From Clostridiales bacterium (GTDB taxonomy: Bacteria > Bacillota > Clostridia > Oscillospirales > Acutalibacteraceae): a stretch of DNA of 64,000 bases. The notes below the pieces were generated by a model, which was given only the letters and a program-made list of their open reading frames with translations, did not search any database and was not told where the DNA came from. The stretch's first letter is position 1; each line of letters begins with the position of its first letter. Where the stretch lies: contig DXXG01000025.1 in the NCBI GenBank assembly GCA_019416455.1, positions 11-64,010 on the forward strand, read 5' to 3'. Shown in pieces: positions 60,000 to 64,000 of the stretch. The position numbers were made by a program, and so were the translations under genes.

Positions 60000-60206
60000 G
60001 TGGGTGCGAATAAACACAAAAATGGCAGGAAACGACAGTTGGGAAAACATTTCCAGCCAAAAATAAAAAAGCTGCCGCCTCGCCACTTGAAGCCTCGCCC
60101 GTTTGACCCCAAAGAACGTGACATGCCAGAGAAGAACCTTTCTCTGGTAGTCCGTTTTTTACGAGTGAAAGAGTCCTTCCCGTGGAGGATTACTACGATG
60201 TGGTGA
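60000..60206 (+). CDS. hypothetical small, very basic protein (68 aa)
   Basis: GTG 8 nt after AAGGAGG. Lys/Arg-rich. Confidence 0.45.
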   Translation: MGANKHKNGRKRQLGKHFQPKIKKLPPRHLKPRPFDPKERDMPEKNLSLVVRFLRVKESFPWRITTMW

Positions 60207-60459
60207 TTTTTCGTTACCTGCAGGCGGTAAAAAATGTTTTTCTAAACCGGAAATACTTTGTTTTTTCCGCTATTGTATGGGCAACCATGAGCCCTGCTCT
60301 ATTTCAATAAATGTAATAAGCAGCGGCGCTGTCCATGGAGCGTGAGTTTAGAGGGCTCAATTCCAGGGGATTGCTCACCCAGCTAGGAAGAAACCATTAC
60401 GAATTAGAATTGCGCTTATACGTTTTTCAAAATCACTCAAGACCAGGAGAGGATAAAAT

Positions 60460-60678
60460 ATGCTAAAAAAAGAAACGACAATCTTTGGAATGCCTCTGCA
60501 GCCCATTCGCCGTGGGCACCCTGCCGTAATCCGGGAAGTGAACAGCTGCCGGGAGACAACCCCTGTCCTGTGGGTGGATTACCTTTCTTCTTCTGAAGTA
60601 ACCTTTGAAACCCATAATACCGTGTACCATCTTCGGGTAGTAGCGGTTCTCCAAGGAAAGGGGGTACATCGGGCATGA
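60460..60678 (+). CDS. hypothetical small protein
   Basis: ATG behind AGGAGAGG. Confidence 0.55.
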   Translation: MLKKETTIFGMPLQPIRRGHPAVIREVNSCRETTPVLWVDYLSSSEVTFETHNTVYHLRVVAVLQGKGVHRA

Positions 60679-60938
60679 TGAAAAATACACCTCCTCATGT
60701 CAAGCTTACCTTGCCGGATGGCAGTCGTCTGACTGCGGTAGCTTATTCTCAGGATGACTATCCTGGTATCAACCTGTACCTTTCCAGAGCAGGGCATCCA
60801 GAGGAACTGATCTGCTTTGTGGAGTTCAACCGGGAAAAGGAATCTGGAGAGAACGTTTGTATTGGCGTGTATCAGCCGGATGTGGATGATACCGTCTATT
60901 ACGAACCCTATTGCGGGAAAGGAGAGCAATCCACATGA
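60675..60938 (+). CDS. hypothetical small protein
   Basis: ATGATG overlaps the previous stop. Confidence 0.55.
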   Translation: MMKNTPPHVKLTLPDGSRLTAVAYSQDDYPGINLYLSRAGHPEELICFVEFNREKESGENVCIGVYQPDVDDTVYYEPYCGKGEQST

Positions 60939-61732
60939 ATGAATTGCATCCCGCGCAAAAACTGACCTGGTTGGAAGCTGCCAAACTGGTTCAAAACCTG
61001 GTTGAGGATGTACTCCACAAAGAAATATCTTGCAAGATGAGTTTGGAGGATGACAATTACTGGACTCTTTACTCGGATACCTATAAATTCTCCTTGCAAG
61101 AACTGGAACAACTATTACGGTCCGTGCCTGCGACGAAGACAACCTGGGAGGAAACCATCCCTCAAGAAGGAACCGACTCCAGTTCGGTAGGTATGGAGCT
61201 TTCCCGCCTGCTGCTAAAACAGGCTCTCCACGGTGATTGGATCCAGGAGCATTGCACAGAAGAAGCTATCTGGTTGTTGGATTTCCACTCCTGTGTTTCA
61301 GAAAGTCCAGTGACTCCAACCCTCCAGTTGCCCGGAGTCCGGGTGGCTTTGAAAGATTTGAAGTCCCGAATCGACCTTCTAACCTACTTGGAGAAACACG
61401 GGCCCACCCATACTTCACTCATGGAATTCTGCGAGGAGTATCAAGAAACATATCACAATGAACTATGTTGGCCCTATCCCATTTCTGACGGCGTTCACAT
61501 GGGAACATTTCTGGTCCCCGTGAAGGAAGGTATCCTTTCTCTGCCTTATGACCGTGTGGAGTATGAAGACTATGAAGTCTTTATCCCAGATGACGCCTGT
61601 CTATGCGATTCAAATGCCTTGCAGATTTTTCTGGAAGACTGGAACAGCTTCAGCACGGAATTGAGCCAAGCTCTGGAGAGTATGGCCTGGACATTGCGGT
61701 TATTAAGAAAAACAAGACAGGAGGGATCATAA
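60935..61732 (+). CDS. hypothetical protein (265 aa)
   Basis: ATG overlaps the previous stop (ATGA) and sits behind AAAGGAGAG. Confidence 0.65.
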   Translation: MNELHPAQKLTWLEAAKLVQNLVEDVLHKEISCKMSLEDDNYWTLYSDTYKFSLQELEQLLRSVPATKTTWEETIPQEGTDSSSVGMELSRLLLKQALHGDWIQEHCTEEAIWLLDFHSCVSESPVTPTLQLPGVRVALKDLKSRIDLLTYLEKHGPTHTSLMEFCEEYQETYHNELCWPYPISDGVHMGTFLVPVKEGILSLPYDRVEYEDYEVFIPDDACLCDSNALQIFLEDWNSFSTELSQALESMAWTLRLLRKTRQEGS

Positions 61733-62409
61733 TGGATCCAAAAAATCGGGTTGGAGGGAAAAGTGTGAGCAAAGAGCAAAATACCAGTCAAATCATTCGA
61801 AAAGACGCCAAAGGCTGTTTTGTGGAGAGCCTTAACGATGGTTTTCCTATTGGCAAAATCCACTTGACATTTGCCACCTACGACCTCAGTAGGCCAGCTG
61901 GTGAACGACAGACTAACCTGGTGCAGATCTACTTGGATTGCGCCGAGCTGCTGGAGCTATGCCGGCAGGCGGAGTCTGGAGAGCTTTATATGCGCTTACA
62001 ACAAAAGAAGCAGAAAGATGACCGAGCTCCGCTGTACCAGTGTATGGGAGGAACCTCTGCTGAGAAGCTCCAAAAACTAGGTAGGCCCCGTCCGGATGGG
62101 AAAAGTCTATCGCGGGTTTTTCAACTGCTTCCTGGCAGCAGGGCTGACTTTCTCCTGGTAGCTGACAGTGGACCAGGAGAAGCTGATGAGAAAGGCTTGA
62201 TTGTACCCCGATTTGGAAAACATCCTGAAAACCATGTGGTCATCAGCATGGGAATGTCCCCGTTCTGCGAAATGATCTTGATGACGCGGGCCCACTATTT
62301 GGCTTGGTTAACGACCAATTATGGCAAAACCACAACAATCCCATCTCCTGAGTCTGAAGAAGCGCTTCCGTTTTCAGAATCACAAGAGTCTGAAAGGGCA
62401 ATGTTCTAA
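61732..62409 (+). CDS. hypothetical protein (225 aa) with an acidic C-terminus
   Basis: TAATG overlap with the previous gene; behind AGGAGGG. Confidence 0.65.
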   Translation: MDPKNRVGGKSVSKEQNTSQIIRKDAKGCFVESLNDGFPIGKIHLTFATYDLSRPAGERQTNLVQIYLDCAELLELCRQAESGELYMRLQQKKQKDDRAPLYQCMGGTSAEKLQKLGRPRPDGKSLSRVFQLLPGSRADFLLVADSGPGEADEKGLIVPRFGKHPENHVVISMGMSPFCEMILMTRAHYLAWLTTNYGKTTTIPSPESEEALPFSESQESERAMF

Positions 62410-62427
62410 AAGATCTACATTGAAAAG

Positions 62428-62466
62428 GACCGTTCTCACCAATGTGAGAGCGGCCCTTTTTTCATG
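62428..62466 (+). terminator. rho-independent terminator
   Basis: AAGGACCGTTCTCAC-CAAT-GTGAGAGCGGCCCTT followed by T6. Confidence 0.7.
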
Positions 62467-62617
62467 TTGATTTATTTATCGACTTTCTCACTTCAGGTTT
62501 CTTTGTTTGTGAATCCAAATGTCATATTCCGGCTCTGATACCCCGTTTTTTGCGTTGCGTATGCCCCTATGCGCAATTGAAATCTGTGTTTATATATCAA
62601 ACTCCATATGTTGGGTC

Positions 62618-62674
62618 TTGATTGTATCGAAAATATGTTCTATAATTGTACTTAATGAATCGAACTCTAGTTCG
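62618..62674 (+). promoter_or_regulatory. TTGATT-17-TATAAT promoter with two LexA (Cheo-type) boxes
   Basis: Box 1 CGAAAATATGTTCT (62628-62641) overlaps the spacer and -10. Box 2 CGAACTCTAGTTCG (62661-62674) is a perfect CGAAC-N4-GTTCG. Confidence 0.7.
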
Positions 62675-62693
62675 ACTATTGGGAGGTGATTCC

Positions 62694-64000
62694 GTGAAAA
62701 GAACATCCAAAAAGTATTGCTGTATCGATCTAAAATCATACTACGCCAGCGTAGAGTGCGTGGACCGTGGCTTGGACCCTCTCTCCACCAACCTTGTGGT
62801 GGCGGATGAAAGCCGTTCAGACGGTACCATTTGCCTGGCAGTGTCGCCCAGTCTGAAGGCACTGGGGGTACCGGGGCGTCCAAGGCTTTTTGAGGTGAAG
62901 GAACGGCTGGCCCAGATCAAGGCCACCACCGGAAAGACGGTGGAATACATCACCGCCATGCCACGGATGGCCCGGTACCTAGAAGTCTCTTCCCAGATCT
63001 ACGGAATCTACCTGAAATACCTGGCCGCCCAGGATATCCACGTTTACTCTATCGATGAAGCCTTCATGGATCTGACTCCCTATCGATCATTTTATGGTTT
63101 GACTGCCCACGACTTGGTCACTACCATGATCCGGGACGTGCTACGGACGGCGGGGATCACTGCCACAGGGGGCATTGGCACCAATCTATACCTGGCCAAG
63201 ATCGCCATGGATATCACGGCAAAAAAGATGCCCGCCGACAAGGATGGGGTTCGTGTGGCGGAGCTAGATGAGATCTCCTTCCGAGAGAAGCTGTGGACTC
63301 ATGAACCCCTCACGGATTTTTGGCAGATCGGTCCAGGGATTGCCGCCCGGCTGGCGCGAATGGGCATCCATACCATGGGTGACTTGGCCCGGCTGAGCCT
63401 GGAAAATGAGGAGGTGTTTTTCCGGGAGTTCGGGGTGGATGCGGAAATCCTCATCGACCACGCCTGGGGTATAGAGTCCTGTGGCATGGAACAGATCAAG
63501 GCCTACAAGCCATCCACCAAATCTCTTGCAAATGGCCAGGTGTTGCCCAGGGCCTACTCCTGGGAGGAAGGGCGCCTGGCAGTGAAAGAGATGACGGAGC
63601 AGGTGGTGCTGGGCCTGGTGGAACAGGGGTATGTAGCAGAGGGCGTGACGCTATATGTGGGGTATCAGATTCTAAGTAGGGAAAGCGCCTCTGCCTACCA
63701 TGGTCCCGTAAAGGTGAACTATTATGGCAGGAAGGTGCCACCCTCGGTCCACGGTACAGGGAAGCTGGGAGCGCCCACGGCCTCCCTCAGCAGGATCACT
63801 CAGGCAGTGCTCCAACTCTACGATCGGCTGGTGGACAAGGAGCTGCAGGTCCGCCGCATGAGCATTGCTGCCATTCGCCTGTCCCGGAAGGAAGAGGTGG
63901 CCCCCCAGCTGACCTTCTACTCTGACCAGCAGGACGATGGCCGGGAGACCGCCCTGCTGGAAGCCACCATTGGCTTGCACCGGCGCTACGGCAAAAACGC
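62694..64000 (+). CDS. Y-family (DinB/UmuC/ImpB-like) DNA polymerase, 3'-partial
   Basis: GTG behind GGGAGGTG. ...CIDLKSYYASVECVDRGLDP... and ...YSIDEAFMDLT.... The frame stays open to the window end. This ORF is absent from the supplied track. Confidence 0.85.
   Translation, partial: MKRTSKKYCCIDLKSYYASVECVDRGLDPLSTNLVVADESRSDGTICLAVSPSLKALGVPGRPRLFEVKERLAQIKATTGKTVEYITAMPRMARYLEVSSQIYGIYLKYLAAQDIHVYSIDEAFMDLTPYRSFYGLTAHDLVTTMIRDVLRTAGITATGGIGTNLYLAKIAMDITAKKMPADKDGVRVAELDEISFREKLWTHEPLTDFWQIGPGIAARLARMGIHTMGDLARLSLENEEVFFREFGVDAEILIDHAWGIESCGMEQIKAYKPSTKSLANGQVLPRAYSWEEGRLAVKEMTEQVVLGLVEQGYVAEGVTLYVGYQILSRESASAYHGPVKVNYYGRKVPPSVHGTGKLGAPTASLSRITQAVLQLYDRLVDKELQVRRMSIAAIRLSRKEEVAPQLTFYSDQQDDGRETALLEATIGLHRRYGKN

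Noticed and set aside
63264-63980. Minus-strand ORFs of 65-102 aa at the window end
   Set aside because: Shadow ORFs opposite the Y-family polymerase coding frame.
44432-64000. Distal att site of the tRNA-Gly element (a repeat of the GGGTTCGATTCCCTTCGCCCGCTCCA 3' end)
   Set aside because: Not found on visual scanning of intergenic regions, so no boundary is claimed. It may lie outside the window, or be too short or diverged to see by eye.

Overview
This 64-kb window is dominated by accessory DNA. The gene families present (DUF4317, a DUF4367-type anti-sigma factor, Tn916-like integrases) suggest a Clostridia-type Firmicutes chromosome; that is an inference. All calls come from reading the sequence and the ORF track; no searches were run.

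**Layout, left to right**
- **1-4.1 kb:** a small AT-rich defence cluster holding an AbiTii-like protein, a decayed Fic gene, and an AbiL-like pair (RloB-like protein plus AAA ATPase).
- **4.3-9.5 kb:** a GC-rich integrative-element-like segment with a RepA/AAA_25 ATPase, an ORF-free block full of repeats, a ribbon-helix-helix (RHH) protein, and two tandem tyrosine integrases.
- **9.7-10.6 kb:** an XRE regulator and a frameshifted SLOG/DUF1273 gene.
- **10.75-20.2 kb:** a complete type I-E CRISPR-Cas locus (cas3, cas8e, cse2, cas7, cas5, cas6e, cas1, and a cas2-DnaQ fusion) followed by a 5-repeat array.
- **20.3-21.5 kb:** tRNA-Arg(CCG) with a partial duplicate of its 5' half, an XRE gene, and tRNA-Gly(CCC).
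- **21.6 to at least 44.4 kb:** an element integrated beside tRNA-Gly. It carries an integrase, excisionase, sigma-like genes, ParM/ParR, a primase, a Rad52-like annealing protein, a RecD-like helicase, a YqaJ exonuclease split by an ORF-deleted group II intron, a Uma2 nuclease, a vWA/AAA+ pair and an SSB.
- **44.7-54 kb:** housekeeping-like or cargo genes (DUF4317, DUF4241-like, Fic, flotillin, VanZ, an ECF sigma/anti-sigma pair).
- **54-59.3 kb:** a very AT-rich islet with an orphan DUF6236-like protein, a small serine recombinase, and a three-gene overlapping operon built around a Panacea/SocA-like antitoxin domain.
- **59.4-64 kb:** a run of small unknown genes, then a Y-family DNA polymerase preceded by two LexA (Cheo) boxes.

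**Best candidates for something undescribed**
- the Panacea-centred three-gene operon
- the orphan membrane-anchored protein next to it
- a conserved promoter-plus-terminator leader found ahead of two operons of the tRNA-Gly element
- a 31-nt direct repeat that brackets the whole 20-kb segment containing the defence genes and CRISPR-Cas
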